From: an uncultured bacterium
GTDB lineage: Bacteria; Oederibacteriota; PGYV01; CAWJRG01
NCBI GenBank assembly: GCA_963845185.1
Contig: CAWJRG010000009.1
Location: 224,001 to 288,000, forward strand
Direction of reading: 5' to 3'
Length of the DNA stretch: 64,000 nt
The position numbers and the translations under genes are program-made. This document shows positions 9,337 through 20,419 of this stretch, piece by piece. The notes beneath the pieces were generated by a model. That model did no database searches. It was given only the letters and a program-made list of their open reading frames with translations, and had not been told where the DNA came from. The stretch's first letter is position 1; each line of letters starts with the position of its first letter.

Positions 9337-10400
9337 ATGAAAAAGTTATGGTTGTTAATCATATTAATTTTGATTGCAACTGCACCGGCGTGGGGCCGGA
9401 CACCGAAAATGGCGGCGGCACCAAATTCATTGTGTCCGCCGATTATTTCAGACACATACATTTCGTGGACTGCCGAAGGGTATGATTTTGGGTCTTATGA
9501 TGGAACTAATTTTTGGATATTAATTATTATGATAATACTTTATTTAAAATAAGCAGTACTGGAACTTTATTGGCTACTTATAATAATATTTCACCTACTT
9601 CACAGTCAGTAGCATCGGATGGAATTTATGTATGGATAGGAGATGTGGACAAGCTGGGAACTTTACAGAAATTCAGTATAGCAACGGGGCAAATTGTGGC
9701 AAATTATCATTTTAATTTTCATAAAAATACCCCCAATTCGTTCAACGGATTTAACCATATTATATGGGATGGTTCTTACCTGTGGCTTGCGCCTGTTATA
9801 GCCCAAAGTTTAATACCGCCTGGTGGGCAATATGTTTATAAATTTAATACAACTACAAATGCTATTGATATGACAGTTACAGTAGGCAATAATCCATGTC
9901 CGCCGGTAAATTTATTGGCTTATACAGTATATAATGGGCAAAAAATTATTTTAGGCGCAAGGAGTAATGATTTTATTGAAATAAATGCCGACACTGGCGC
10001 AACCACGGGTTTTGCAAGTATTGACCCGGGAGATTATCACGCTGTAGCAAGCGACGGCACTTATGTTTATGAAGCTGATTTTTTCGCAAAACAGGTTGTA
10101 AAATATAATTTCTCCAACGGTTCCTGTATTGCTTCGTGGGCGACAGATGGCTGGCCAAATGAAATTGCCTGGGATGGAAATTACATATGGACAAGTAATA
10201 TAAGTAATACTGCAGGGGCAAATTATTTTAATGTGGATATATTTGATACTAAAGGGAATAAAATATGCAATTTAAACAAGGGAGCGACAACTGATATTGT
10301 AAATGGCAATGGTTCAATGTGGGGTGTGGGAGTTTATGACATTTATCAAATAGGATTGCCGGCAACGCCGACGAAAAGCGGAAAGAAAGCAGACGGGTGA
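9337..10400 (+). pseudogene. Secreted beta-propeller protein split by a frameshift near 9517-9521
   Basis: ORF 9337 supplies a signal peptide and YDGTNFWI; ORF 9513 continues NYYDNTLFKI with homologous blades SDGIYVWI, WDGSYLWL, SDGTYVY and WDGNYIW. Confidence 0.65.
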
Positions 10401-10449
10401 GGAAACAGTGAAAACAGGAGTAAAAGAAACAAACAGGGAAAAGAGTTGC

Positions 10450-10947
10450 ATGCAAAAAACAAAATTCAAGGCGGGTTTGATTTATGCGGGAATAATGATA
10501 TTTTTATTTGTTTTTGGAGCCGGCATTCACGCGCAACAGGTTAGCTGGACGGAGAAAACAGCGAACGCGGCATGGAGCCCAAGGGATACTTTTATATCGC
10601 TGACTTATAATAATTTAATGTGGGTTATTGCGGGGCCTAATAATAATGATGTATGGAGTTCAGCTAATGGTATTAACTGGACACAAGTAACGCCGGCAGC
10701 GGCATTTCCTGCCAGAGGTGATTTATCGGGAGTTGTATTTAATAACGAGATGTGGGTCATAGCAGGTGGGGAAAATTATAATGACGCGTGGTATTCTTCT
10801 GATGGCGCAAACTGGAATGAAGCTACTGCAAGTGCGGCTTTTTCCGGAAGGGGATACCATACCAGCGTGGTATATAACAATGCCATGTGGGTAATAGCAG
10901 GATATAACGGAACTAACAGTTTCACTGATGTATGGTGGGGGCAATAG
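10450..10947 (+). CDS. Secreted Kelch-like/beta-propeller repeat protein (3 blades, possibly partial)
   Basis: Three repeats W...T..AAF..R....VV.NN.MWVIAG....DVW; hydrophobic signal segment; ATG at 10450 (track start 10408). Confidence 0.7.
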   Translation: MQKTKFKAGLIYAGIMIFLFVFGAGIHAQQVSWTEKTANAAWSPRDTFISLTYNNLMWVIAGPNNNDVWSSANGINWTQVTPAAAFPARGDLSGVVFNNEMWVIAGGENYNDAWYSSDGANWNEATASAAFSGRGYHTSVVYNNAMWVIAGYNGTNSFTDVWWGQ

Positions 10948-11086
10948 GCAGTAAAATAAGAGTGATAGGCGTAATGGGGTAAGGGGCAAGTGGGAAGGGG
11001 TAAGTAGATTTTGGACTGAAAAATCAGAAATCAGCAGCAATTGATAATTTGTAGATGTTGATAATTGAAAATTAATGAAAAAATCC

Positions 11087-11115
11087 TTGACATATTTTTG
11101 TCCGTGGTATATAAA
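11087..11115 (+). promoter_or_regulatory. Sigma70-type promoter of the pyr operon
   Basis: TTGACA-17 nt-TATAAA upstream of the PyrR leader. Confidence 0.55.
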
Positions 11116-11142
11116 ATAATAGAAGTAAATAAAGATTAAGAG

Positions 11143-11240
11143 ATTCCTTTAAACTGGCCCTGCGAGGCCAATAAGGAGAATATGAATGATAATAATATGC
11201 CTTCTTACTGCAACTTGCAGGAGAAGGCTTTTTTGTTTTA
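11143..11240 (+). promoter_or_regulatory. PyrR-binding RNA site with attenuator terminator
   Basis: CCTTTAA...GGCCCTGCGAGGCCAATAAGG resembles the PyrR binding-loop consensus; followed by hairpin gccttct...agaaggc with a U tract (11199-11240); upstream of pyrR. Confidence 0.85.
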
Positions 11241-11250
11241 TGAATTAAAT

Positions 11251-11278
11251 GTAGAGACACGCCATGGCGTGTCTCTAC
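11251..11278. repeat. GTAG-type REP-like palindrome
   Basis: Perfect 28-bp palindrome gtagagacacgccatggcgtgtctctac. Confidence 0.8.
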
Positions 11279-11303
11279 CAAGAATTATGTGGAGGCGATA
11301 AAT

Positions 11304-11858
11304 ATGGACGATAAAAACCTTAAGATAAAGACCGAGCTTCTGGACAAGGAAGGCATAGACAGGGCTTTGACCCGCATTGCGCATGAGATAATAGAAAAAA
11401 ACAAAGGCGCGGCAAATGTGGTGATTATAGGCGTAAGGCACAGGGGGGATATACTCGCAAAGAGGATAGCTGAAAAAATATTCCAGATAGAAAAAGTCAA
11501 GATACCTGTGGGCGCGCTTGACATCACTTTTTACCGGGACGATTTTGACATTAAAAACAAGGTAGAGGTGACCCAGACAGATTTGCCTTTCGGGATAAAC
11601 GGCAAGGATATCATACTTGTGGATGACGTGCTGTTTACAGGCAGGACAGCCAGGGCAGCAATGGACGCCCTGATTGACTACGGCAGGCCGAAATCCATAC
11701 AGCTTGCTGTCCTGATTGACCGCGGTCACAGGGAACTGCCGATACAGGCAAATTATATAGGCAAAAACGTGCCGACTTCCTCAAAGGAAGAGATAATCCT
11801 GGAGCTTAAAGACGGCGGCGAAGAAAAGGTTATGATAGCTGAAAAAACTGGACGATAA
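11304..11858 (+). CDS. pyrR: Pyrimidine operon attenuation regulator / uracil phosphoribosyltransferase
   Basis: [44 protein letters not shown] at 11304 after GGAGG. Confidence 0.96.
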   Translation: MDDKNLKIKTELLDKEGIDRALTRIAHEIIEKNKGAANVVIIGVRHRGDILAKRIAEKIFQIEKVKIPVGALDITFYRDDFDIKNKVEVTQTDLPFGINGKDIILVDDVLFTGRTARAAMDALIDYGRPKSIQLAVLIDRGHRELPIQANYIGKNVPTSSKEEIILELKDGGEEKVMIAEKTGR

Positions 11859-11859
11859 G

Positions 11860-11957
11860 TACCGCTTGTCCTCGGCCTGAGGCCTCGGACTTGAACGGGT
11901 ACAAGATTCCGTAAGATTTTGCCTTCGTTGTTGATACTCGGCAAAATCAACGGACTC
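11860..11957. repeat. Dispersed two-hairpin repeat, copy 1
   Basis: 40/49 identical columns with 34744-34792 by manual alignment; followed by stem gattttgcc/ggcaaaatc. Confidence 0.7.
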
Positions 11958-11973
11958 TAAGGAGGAATATAAA

Positions 11974-12906
11974 ATGCCTTTAAAACATTTAATCGGGCTT
12001 GAAGAAGTATCAAAGGAAGACATACTTACAATACTCAATTTGGCCAAATCCTTTAAAGAGGTCATGCTGAGACCTGTAAAAAAAGTGCCGACTTTGCGAG
12101 GTAAGACAGTCGTGAATATGTTTTTTGAGCCGAGCACTAGGACAAGGACATCTTTTGAGATAGCGGCAAAGCGCCTGTCTGCCGATGTTTTGAACCTGGC
12201 TATATCAACCAGCTCGGTGGTAAAGGGTGAGACACTTCTTGATACAGTGCAGACTATAGAGGCCATGCAGATAGACATGGTGGTCATCAGGCACGGTGTG
12301 TCCGGAGTGCCGCTTATGCTGAGCAAAAAGATAAAGTCGTCAGTGATAAACGCAGGGGACGGAATGCACGAGCACCCTACGCAGGGCCTGCTCGACATGT
12401 TTACCATCATGGAAAAGAAAAAGAAAATAGAGGGGCTTGACGTGGCAATAATAGGAGACATCACGCATTCCCGCGTGGCGCGGTCAAACATTTGGGGACT
12501 TACAAAACTCGGCGCTAAGGTGCGGGTTATCGGCCCGCCGACCCTGATACCAAGGGACGTGGAAAAACTGGGCGTAAAAGTTTACTTTGATTTAAAAGAA
12601 GGAATCAAGGACATGGATGTTATAAATATACTGAGGATACAGCTTGAGCGCCAGAAGAAAAACCTTTTCCCGACCACAAGGGAATACGCAATGCTTTTCG
12701 GCATAAACACGACAAAGTTAAAATATGCGAAACCGGACTGCATGGTCATGCACCCCGGGCCGATGAACAGGGGGCTTGAAATATCGCCGAACGTGGCAGA
12801 CGGCAAGCAATCCGTAATAAACGAGCAGGTTACAAACGGCGTGGCTGTGAGGATGGCTGTGCTGTACCTGCTGGCTGGAGGTAAAAAAGATGAAATTATT
12901 GATTAA
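11974..12906 (+). CDS. pyrB: Aspartate carbamoyltransferase catalytic subunit
   Basis: [14 protein letters not shown] and HPGP motifs. Confidence 0.97.
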   Translation: MPLKHLIGLEEVSKEDILTILNLAKSFKEVMLRPVKKVPTLRGKTVVNMFFEPSTRTRTSFEIAAKRLSADVLNLAISTSSVVKGETLLDTVQTIEAMQIDMVVIRHGVSGVPLMLSKKIKSSVINAGDGMHEHPTQGLLDMFTIMEKKKKIEGLDVAIIGDITHSRVARSNIWGLTKLGAKVRVIGPPTLIPRDVEKLGVKVYFDLKEGIKDMDVINILRIQLERQKKNLFPTTREYAMLFGINTTKLKYAKPDCMVMHPGPMNRGLEISPNVADGKQSVINEQVTNGVAVRMAVLYLLAGGKKDEIID

Positions 12907-14164
12907 GAACGGACATGTTGTTGACCCGGCAAATAAAATTGAAGAGACGCTTGATGTACTTGTAAATAACGGCAAAATAGCGAAAATAGGCAAAAGCATA
13001 TCCGACAAAGAAGCAAAAGTTATTGACGCGAAAGGCCTCGTGGTGACGCCGGGTTTTATAGAGATGCACGCGCATTTCAGGGAGCCCGGGTTTGAATACA
13101 AGGAAACCATTGAAACAGGCTCGCGGGCAGCTGTAAAAGGAGGCTATACCACGGTTTGCTGCATGCCCAACACAAACCCTGCGATTGACAACCAGGCAAT
13201 GGTTGAATTCATAAACATGAAATCAAAGCAGGTGGGGCTGATTGACGTGCTTGCAATCGGAACAATAACAAAGGCAAGGTCGGGCGAAGAACTGGCGCCA
13301 ATAGGCGAGCTTTTCAAGGCAGGCGCAGTGGCTATATCAGATGACGGCTCGACCGTGATGAACGCGGAGATTTTAAGGCGCGCGCTTGAATACTGCAAAA
13401 TGTTTAATATACCGGTCATAGAACACTGTGAGGATAAAAACCTTACAGTGGAAGGAATGATGAACGAGGGATATTATTCAACGTTGCTTGGCCTGAAAGG
13501 CATACCGCAGGCAGCGGAAGAGACGATTGTCGCGCGTGATATCATAATAGCAAAAGAAACAGGCGGCAAGCTGCACATAGCCCATGTGTCAACAGCAGGT
13601 TCAATTGATCTTATAAAAAACGCCAAGAACAACGGTATTAACGTGACTGCCGAAACAGCGCCGCATTATTTTACGCTTGACGACTCCATGCTCACTGGTT
13701 ATGAGACGAATTTCAAGATGAACCCTCCCTTACGCAGCAAAGAAGACGTAAAGGCCATTAAAAAAGCGTTAAAGGATGGCACCATAGATGCAATAGCCAC
13801 GGACCACGCGCCTCACGCTGAGCTTGACAAGGATCTCGAGTTCACTCTCGCGGCTTTTGGGATAATCGGGCTTGAGACAGCATTACCTCTGATAATAGAG
13901 GAACTCGTGAAGCCAAAGGTGCTTACTATGAGCCAGGCAATTGCAAAAATTACGATAAACCCGGCTAAAATTTTAAATCTAAATAAAGGCACATTGTCAG
14001 AGGGCGCGGACGCGGATATAACAATATTTGACCCTGATAAAAAAGTGATAATTAACGAGGAGTTTTTCGCTGGCCAGTCATCTAATTCGCCGTTTCTTGG
14101 CAAGGAACTGACTGGAAGCGTGGAATGTGTAATTAAAGGCGGGAAAGTGGTGTACGAAGTATGA
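12890..14164 (+). CDS. pyrC: Dihydroorotase
   Basis: [19 protein letters not shown] and ATDHAPH motifs. Confidence 0.96.
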   Translation: MKLLIKNGHVVDPANKIEETLDVLVNNGKIAKIGKSISDKEAKVIDAKGLVVTPGFIEMHAHFREPGFEYKETIETGSRAAVKGGYTTVCCMPNTNPAIDNQAMVEFINMKSKQVGLIDVLAIGTITKARSGEELAPIGELFKAGAVAISDDGSTVMNAEILRRALEYCKMFNIPVIEHCEDKNLTVEGMMNEGYYSTLLGLKGIPQAAEETIVARDIIIAKETGGKLHIAHVSTAGSIDLIKNAKNNGINVTAETAPHYFTLDDSMLTGYETNFKMNPPLRSKEDVKAIKKALKDGTIDAIATDHAPHAELDKDLEFTLAAFGIIGLETALPLIIEELVKPKVLTMSQAIAKITINPAKILNLNKGTLSEGADADITIFDPDKKVIINEEFFAGQSSNSPFLGKELTGSVECVIKGGKVVYEV

Positions 14165-15315
14165 AACGCGCAATGCTGATGCTGGAAGACGGCACATGCT
14201 TTGAAGGAATATCTGCCGGGGCAGAAGCCGAAGCATACGGCGAGATAGTTTTTAATACATCCATGACAGGTTATCAGGAAATATTGACCGACCCGTCATA
14301 CAAGGGCCAGATTGTGACCATGACCTATACTGAAATCGGAAACTATGGATTTAATGAATCCGATGTTGAGTCAACAGGGCCTAAAGTCGAAGGCTTTGTG
14401 ATGAAAGAAATAAGCAAAATTTCAAGCAACTGGCGTTCCGTAGGCACGCTTGATGAGTATTTGAAAAAATATAATATCCCGACTATAGAGGGCATAGACA
14501 CAAGGGCGCTTACCAGGCATATAAGGGATTTTGGCGCGATGAAAAGCGTGCTTTCGGCAATTGACCACGACAAAAAATCCCTGCTTAAAAAAGTAAAAGA
14601 ATCACAGTCAATTGTAGGCATTGACCTCGCGAAAACCGTAACCACAAAAAATGAATACACCTGGAAAAAAGAGGATACTTTAAAGCGCCTGGGAATAATG
14701 AGCAATGAAGAAAAATACTTAAAAATATGGGATAACCAAAAGGCTTTTAAGGTTGTCGCGCTTGACGTAGGAATCAAGTTTGAGATTTTAAGGATATTGA
14801 CCGAGCTTAACTGCGAAGTCACCGTTGTACCTGCCTCGACTACAGCAGAAAGGATACTCGAAATAAACCCTGATGGTATATTTTTGTCAAACGGCCCAGG
14901 CGACCCTGAAGGCGTGCCTTATGCGGCAGAAACAATAAAAAAACTGCTCGGCAAAAAGCCGATATTCGGCATTTGCTTCGGGCACCAGTTCCTGGCTCTT
15001 GCGCTCGGCGGCAAAACATACAAAATGAAATTCGGCCACAGGGGAGCAAACCACCCTGTCATGGATTTAAGCACAAAGAAAATAGACATTACAGTGCAGA
15101 ACCATGGATTCGCAGTCGACCCTGAGTCGCTGAAGAACTTGAAATACAAGGTCAATGTTACACATATTAACTTAAACGACAAGACAAACGAGGGCCTCGA
15201 AGTGCCGGAGATAAAAGCTTTTTCCATACAGCATCATCCCGAAGCTTCGGCAGGCCCGCACGACGCGAGGTATATATTTAATAAGTTTATAAAGAATATG
15301 AGTGATTCGATTTAA
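14161..15315 (+). CDS. carA: Carbamoyl-phosphate synthase small subunit
   Basis: FNTSMTGYQE, SNGPGDP, GICFGHQ and HHPEA motifs. Confidence 0.97.
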   Translation: MKRAMLMLEDGTCFEGISAGAEAEAYGEIVFNTSMTGYQEILTDPSYKGQIVTMTYTEIGNYGFNESDVESTGPKVEGFVMKEISKISSNWRSVGTLDEYLKKYNIPTIEGIDTRALTRHIRDFGAMKSVLSAIDHDKKSLLKKVKESQSIVGIDLAKTVTTKNEYTWKKEDTLKRLGIMSNEEKYLKIWDNQKAFKVVALDVGIKFEILRILTELNCEVTVVPASTTAERILEINPDGIFLSNGPGDPEGVPYAAETIKKLLGKKPIFGICFGHQFLALALGGKTYKMKFGHRGANHPVMDLSTKKIDITVQNHGFAVDPESLKNLKYKVNVTHINLNDKTNEGLEVPEIKAFSIQHHPEASAGPHDARYIFNKFIKNMSDSI

Positions 15316-15331
15316 ATTATAGGAGTGTATT

Positions 15332-18300
15332 ATGCCGAAAAGGACGGATATAAAAAAGATTTTGTTGATTGGCTCCGGGCCAATAATCATTGGCCAGGCG
15401 TGCGAGTTTGACTATTCAGGCACGCAAGCGTGCAAAGCCCTGAAAGAAGAAGGGTATCAGGTTGTGCTTGTGAATTCAAACCCTGCCACTATAATGACCG
15501 ACCCTGAATTTGCCGATGCTACCTACATAGAGCCTTTAACCGTGGAAGTGCTTGAAAAAATAATAGAAAAGGAAAGGCCGGACTGCCTGCTTCCGACAAT
15601 TGGCGGACAGACAGGGCTTAATTTGGCGTCCGAGCTTGTGGAAAAAGGCGTGACCGCAAAATACAATGTCGAGTTAATCGGCGCGAAATTCGAAGCCATA
15701 AAAAAGGCGGAAGACAGGCAGGAATTCAAGGAAGCAATGAAAAAAATCGGGCTTGATGTGCCTAATTCGGAATATGTATCAAACATGGATGAGGCCTTAA
15801 AGGCAGTAGAAAAAATAAAATTTCCCACAATAATAAGGCCTGCGTTTACGCTCGGAGGTACAGGCGGCGGCATTGCCTATAACATGGAGGAGTTCAAGGA
15901 AAAAGTCTTTGTAGGCATGAAGGATTCGCCCATCGGCAAGGTTTTACTTGAAGAATCAGTAATTGGCTGGAAAGAATATGAACTCGAGGTCATGAGGGAC
16001 TTAAAAGACAATGTGGTCATAATATGCTCCATAGAGAATTTTGACCCTATGGGCGTTCACACAGGTGATTCCATAACGGTCGCTCCTGCACAGACTTTGA
16101 CTGACAGGGAATACCAGCTTATGAGGGACGCGGCAATTAAGATAATAAGGGAGATTGGAGTGGATACCGGCGGGTCAAATATACAGTTTGCGGTAAACCC
16201 GGACGACGGCAAGATGGTTGTTATTGAAATGAACCCGAGGGTTTCACGTTCATCTGCGCTTGCTTCAAAAGCTACAGGGTTCCCGATTGCCAAGATAGCG
16301 GCAAAGCTCGCTGTGGGATATACACTGGATGAAATACCCAACGACATTACAAAATACACGCCTGCTTCTTTTGAGCCCACGCTCGACTATGTGGTAGTAA
16401 AGATTCCCCGCTTTACCTTTGAGAAGTTCAAGGATACAAAGGACTTGCTCGGGGTGCAGATGAAATCGGTCGGGGAAGTCATGTCAATAGGCAGGACTTT
16501 CAAGGAATCTTTCCAGAAGGCACTGCGTTCGCTTGAAATAGGAAGGTACGGCTGGGGCGCGGACGGCAAGGACCTTGATTTGAATTCTCTGACGATAGAA
16601 GACATAAAAATGAAGCTTCAGCAGCCGAATTCTGCAAGGATTTTTTATCTGAAATACGCCATGCAAAAAGGCATGACAAACGACGAGATTTATAACTTAT
16701 CAAAAATAGACAAATGGTTCTTGCGTAACTTAAGGGAAATAATTGATTTTGAAAAAGAGCTTTTTGACGCGAAAGAGAAACTGGGCAAGATAACAAAAGA
16801 AAATATAAGCAGTTTTAAGACTGTCTTTAAAAAGGCAAAAGAATACGGTTTTTCCGACTTCCAGCTGGGTAAAATTTTTGGAATGAAAGAAGACGACATC
16901 AGGAAGGCAAGGAAAAAACTGAAAATAAAGCCGGTTTACAAGGTCGTTGACACATGCGCCTCAGAATTCAAGGCATATACCCCTTATCTTTATTCGACCT
17001 ATGAAGCTGAAAATGAGAACCCAATAGCTGAAAAGAAAAAGGCAGTGATTCTGGGCGGCGGGCCAAACAGGATAGGACAGGGCATTGAGTTTGATTATTG
17101 CTGCGTGCACGGGGTTTTCGCCCTGCGCGAGGAAGGTTTCGAAGTATCAATGGTCAACTGCAACCCTGAAACAGTGAGCACGGATTACGACACATCAGAC
17201 AAGCTTTATTTTGAGCCGCTCACAATGGAAGACGTGATGAATATCGCGGACGAGGAAGGCAAGGATACTGGCTTTATCGTGCAGTTCGGAGGCCAGACAC
17301 CTTTGAAGCTCGCAATGCCTCTGCTCAGGAAAAAAGTAAAGGTAATGGGCACGTCACCTGTGTCAATAGACATAGCCGAAGACAGGAAAAAATTCGACAA
17401 AATCCTGAAAAAATTAAACATAACAAGGCCGGAAAACGGCACAGCTAAGTCCATAAAAGAAGCGCAAAAGATAATCAAAAAAATAGGATACCCTGCGCTT
17501 GTGAGGCCGTCTTACGTGCTTGGCGGCAGGGCAATGGAGATAGTTTATGACGATGAAACTTTTGACAAATTCATAAAAGAGGCGTTTATAGTATCTGAGG
17601 AGCACCCCATACTAATAGATAAATTTTTGGAAAATGCGGTTGAAATAGACGTGGACTGCGTATGCGACGGAAAAGAAGCAGTCATAGCAGGTATAATGGA
17701 GCATATTGAGGAGGCTGGCATACACTCCGGGGATTCAGCTTGCGTGCTACCGGCATTCACGATAAGGCAGGATTTGCTTGATAAAATAAAGGAATATACA
17801 TACAAGCTCGCAATCGAGTTAAAGGTAAAAGGCCTAATGAATACCCAGTACGCTATTAGGAACGATGTGGTTTATGTGCTTGAGGTAAACCCGCGCGCGT
17901 CCCGCACCGTGCCTTTTGTGAGCAAGGCTTCAGGAATACCATGGGCAAAAATTGCCACGAAAATAATGGCAGGGAAGACAATAAAAGAGCTTGGTGTAAA
18001 AGAAGTTAAGGAATACAAACATGTGGCTGTAAAGGAATCAGTGTTCCCGTTCAATAAATTTCCGGGCGTGGACGTTGTGCTCGGTCCTGAGATGAAATCC
18101 ACAGGAGAAGTCATGGGAATTGACATGGATTTTGGGCATGCATTTTACAAGGCGCAGCTTTCGGCAGGTCAAAAACTGCCGAGGGCAGGCAATGTTTTTA
18201 TCAGCGTCAAAAACAAGGATAAGCGCAGCGTTGTGTTTGTAGCTAAAAAGCTCGAGGATATGGGGTTTTCAATTGTGGCAACAGAAGGTACGGCAAATAC

Positions 18301-18583
18301 ACTTATCAAGACAGGCATTGCAGCTAAAAAAGTCTTAAAAGTACACGAAGGAAGGCCAAATATTACAGACATGATTAGGGACCGTCAGATAAACCTCATA
18401 ATAAATACGCCTGCGGGCAAGGGGCCAAGGAGCGATGATTACGAAATAAGGAGGCATGCGATACTTATGGGTGTGCCTTATACAACCACGCTGTCAGGAG
18501 CGCAGGCAATAGTTACTGCCATCGAGTCGGTGAAGAAAAAGGAAATAACGATAAAGAGCATACAGGAGTATTATAAACTATGA
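15332..18583 (+). CDS. carB: Carbamoyl-phosphate synthase large subunit
   Basis: [17 protein letters not shown]; duplicated ATP-grasp domains; C-terminal MGS domain. Confidence 0.98.
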   Translation: MPKRTDIKKILLIGSGPIIIGQACEFDYSGTQACKALKEEGYQVVLVNSNPATIMTDPEFADATYIEPLTVEVLEKIIEKERPDCLLPTIGGQTGLNLASELVEKGVTAKYNVELIGAKFEAIKKAEDRQEFKEAMKKIGLDVPNSEYVSNMDEALKAVEKIKFPTIIRPAFTLGGTGGGIAYNMEEFKEKVFVGMKDSPIGKVLLEESVIGWKEYELEVMRDLKDNVVIICSIENFDPMGVHTGDSITVAPAQTLTDREYQLMRDAAIKIIREIGVDTGGSNIQFAVNPDDGKMVVIEMNPRVSRSSALASKATGFPIAKIAAKLAVGYTLDEIPNDITKYTPASFEPTLDYVVVKIPRFTFEKFKDTKDLLGVQMKSVGEVMSIGRTFKESFQKALRSLEIGRYGWGADGKDLDLNSLTIEDIKMKLQQPNSARIFYLKYAMQKGMTNDEIYNLSKIDKWFLRNLREIIDFEKELFDAKEKLGKITKENISSFKTVFKKAKEYGFSDFQLGKIFGMKEDDIRKARKKLKIKPVYKVVDTCASEFKAYTPYLYSTYEAENENPIAEKKKAVILGGGPNRIGQGIEFDYCCVHGVFALREEGFEVSMVNCNPETVSTDYDTSDKLYFEPLTMEDVMNIADEEGKDTGFIVQFGGQTPLKLAMPLLRKKVKVMGTSPVSIDIAEDRKKFDKILKKLNITRPENGTAKSIKEAQKIIKKIGYPALVRPSYVLGGRAMEIVYDDETFDKFIKEAFIVSEEHPILIDKFLENAVEIDVDCVCDGKEAVIAGIMEHIEEAGIHSGDSACVLPAFTIRQDLLDKIKEYTYKLAIELKVKGLMNTQYAIRNDVVYVLEVNPRASRTVPFVSKASGIPWAKIATKIMAGKTIKELGVKEVKEYKHVAVKESVFPFNKFPGVDVVLGPEMKSTGEVMGIDMDFGHAFYKAQLSAGQKLPRAGNVFISVKNKDKRSVVFVAKKLEDMGFSIVATEGTANTLIKTGIAAKKVLKVHEGRPNITDMIRDRQINLIINTPAGKGPRSDDYEIRRHAILMGVPYTTTLSGAQAIVTAIESVKKKEITIKSIQEYYKL

Positions 18584-19344
18584 TTTATGACGCTAAAGTA
18601 ATTGTGAATGACAGGATTGCCGAAGAAATTTACTGGATGAAGTTGGACGCAGGCAAAAAGTTCAAAGCAAAGCCGGGGCAGTTCATTAATGTCCGTGTTA
18701 GCGACTCGTTTCAGCCGCTTTTGCGGCGTCCGTTTTCCGTATTTGATGTGAATGCCGGAAAGGTTGAGATTGTTTATAAGGTAGTCGGCGAAGCAACGCG
18801 TTTGCTCAGCATGAAAAATAATGGTAATATAGTGAATTTTATTGGCCCGTTAGGTAATCCATATCCGGTTTTTAACTCGGAACTCAAAACTCGAAACTCA
18901 AAACTGTTTTTAGCCGGCGGTGGAACAGGGATTGCGTCGCTGCATTTTTTGGCTAAAGCACTTAAAAAGAATAAAATAAAATTTATATTAATTCAGGGTG
19001 CGAAAAACAAGAAACAGGTAATATTACCAAAAGAATTTAAACAATTAGGCTGCGTTTTTGCGACAGATGACGGCAGTTTTGGGAAAAAAGGGTTCGTCAG
19101 TGACGCGCTGAAAGATATGGTCAAGGACAATACTATAATATACGCGTGCGGGCCAAAGCCCATGCTTCGCGCAATTAAAAAAATTGCGGCCTCAAAAAAG
19201 AACGTAAAAGCCCTGGCATCTTTTGAGGAATATATGGGCTGCGGCATAGGCGCATGCCTTTCATGCGTGGTGGATATAGGCGGGGAATACATAAGGGTAT
19301 GCAAGGAAGGTACGGTGTTTGAGCTCGATAAAATAAGTTTCTAG
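18580..19344 (+). CDS. pyrK: Dihydroorotate dehydrogenase electron transfer subunit
   Basis: RRPFS, AGGGTG and [11 protein letters not shown]...C iron-sulfur motif. Confidence 0.93.
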   Translation: MIYDAKVIVNDRIAEEIYWMKLDAGKKFKAKPGQFINVRVSDSFQPLLRRPFSVFDVNAGKVEIVYKVVGEATRLLSMKNNGNIVNFIGPLGNPYPVFNSELKTRNSKLFLAGGGTGIASLHFLAKALKKNKIKFILIQGAKNKKQVILPKEFKQLGCVFATDDGSFGKKGFVSDALKDMVKDNTIIYACGPKPMLRAIKKIAASKKNVKALASFEEYMGCGIGACLSCVVDIGGEYIRVCKEGTVFELDKISF

Positions 19345-19418
19345 TTTCTGGGTTTCTGGTTTCTTGTTGAAGACACTAGAAACAAGAGATTAGAAATTAG
19401 AAACAGGAAAAAGAAACA
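19338..19418. repeat. Inverted heptamer arrays (TTTCTRG then YTAGAAA) between pyrK and pyrD
   Basis: tttctag tttctgg gtttctg gtttctt ... ctagaaa caagaga ttagaaa ttagaaa caggaaa. Confidence 0.6.
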
Positions 19419-19419
19419 A

Positions 19420-20337
19420 ATGAAAACACTAAACACAAAAGTTTCCATAGGTAGTCTTGAATTAAAAAATCCAGTAATGACCGCATCCGGCACATTCGGA
19501 TACGGCCTGGAATTCGAGAAATTCATAGACCTTAACAAGCTCGGCGCAATCATAGTAAAGGGGCTTTCTTTAAAACCTCAAAAAGGTAATAAGCCGCAGC
19601 GTGTTGTGGAGACGCCAGCTGGCATGCTTAACGCCATCGGGCTCCAAAATATAGGCGTTGACGCGTTTATAACCGAGAAAATGCCGAAACTGAAAAAATA
19701 CAGGACGCCTGTTATAGCGAACATTTACGGCACATGCTCTGATGAGTATATAAAAGTCGCGAAAAAATTGGACAATACCGATGTGGCAGGTATTGAGATT
19801 AATATATCATGCCCCAATGTCAAAAAGGGCGGGATGCAATTTGCCTCTGATAAAGAAACAATAAGCGCAATAATAAAAGGCGTAAAAAAGGTATATTCCA
19901 GAACAACAATAGTTAAACTCTCGCCAAATACAGGCAATATAGAAGAAATAGCGCGAATATGTGAGGGTGAAGGCGCAGACGCCGTGTCTTTAATAAATAC
20001 ACTCGTAGGTATGGCTATAGACATAAATACAAGAAAGCCGGTTCTTGCAAATACCTACGGCGGACTTTCAGGCCCTGCCATAAAGCCAGTCGCGCTTGCT
20101 ATGGTGCACAAGACAGCAAAAGCAGTCAGGATTCCTGTTATAGGCATAGGCGGGATTATGGATTATAAGGACGCTTTGGAATTCCTGATTGCAGGCGCAA
20201 AAGCAATCCAGGTAGGCACGGCGAATTTCGTGGACCCGAAGACAACAATAAAAATAATTGACGGCATTAAAAAGTACCTAAAAGATAATGATATAAAGGA
20301 TATTGATGATATAATAGGCTCAATTAAAGTTATATAA
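19420..20337 (+). CDS. pyrD: Dihydroorotate dehydrogenase class 1B catalytic subunit
   Basis: ASGTFG, NAIGLQN, NISCPN and GGLSGPAIKP motifs. Confidence 0.96.
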   Translation: MKTLNTKVSIGSLELKNPVMTASGTFGYGLEFEKFIDLNKLGAIIVKGLSLKPQKGNKPQRVVETPAGMLNAIGLQNIGVDAFITEKMPKLKKYRTPVIANIYGTCSDEYIKVAKKLDNTDVAGIEINISCPNVKKGGMQFASDKETISAIIKGVKKVYSRTTIVKLSPNTGNIEEIARICEGEGADAVSLINTLVGMAIDINTRKPVLANTYGGLSGPAIKPVALAMVHKTAKAVRIPVIGIGGIMDYKDALEFLIAGAKAIQVGTANFVDPKTTIKIIDGIKKYLKDNDIKDIDDIIGSIKVI

Positions 20338-20353
20338 ATTTAGGACATCAAAG

Positions 20354-20382
20354 GTAGAGACGACCCGCCGGGTCGTCTCTAC
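20354..20382. repeat. GTAG-type REP-like palindrome
   Basis: gtagagacgacccgccgggtcgtctctac; same outer arms as 11251-11278. Confidence 0.8.
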
Positions 20383-20419
20383 GGTAAATTATTGAATAAT
20401 ACAGGAGAGACTGCCGGAT

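Noticed and set aside
5590..11080. Prophage, integron or DGR as the explanation for the accessory island
   Set aside because: No integrase, reverse transcriptase, clear attC sites or template/variable repeat pair found by eye
11860..11957. Second PyrR attenuator between pyrR and pyrB
   Set aside because: Lacks the CCTTTAA/CCNGNGAGG arrangement and a U-tailed terminator, and a homolog lies at the unrelated dusB-GH125 spacer
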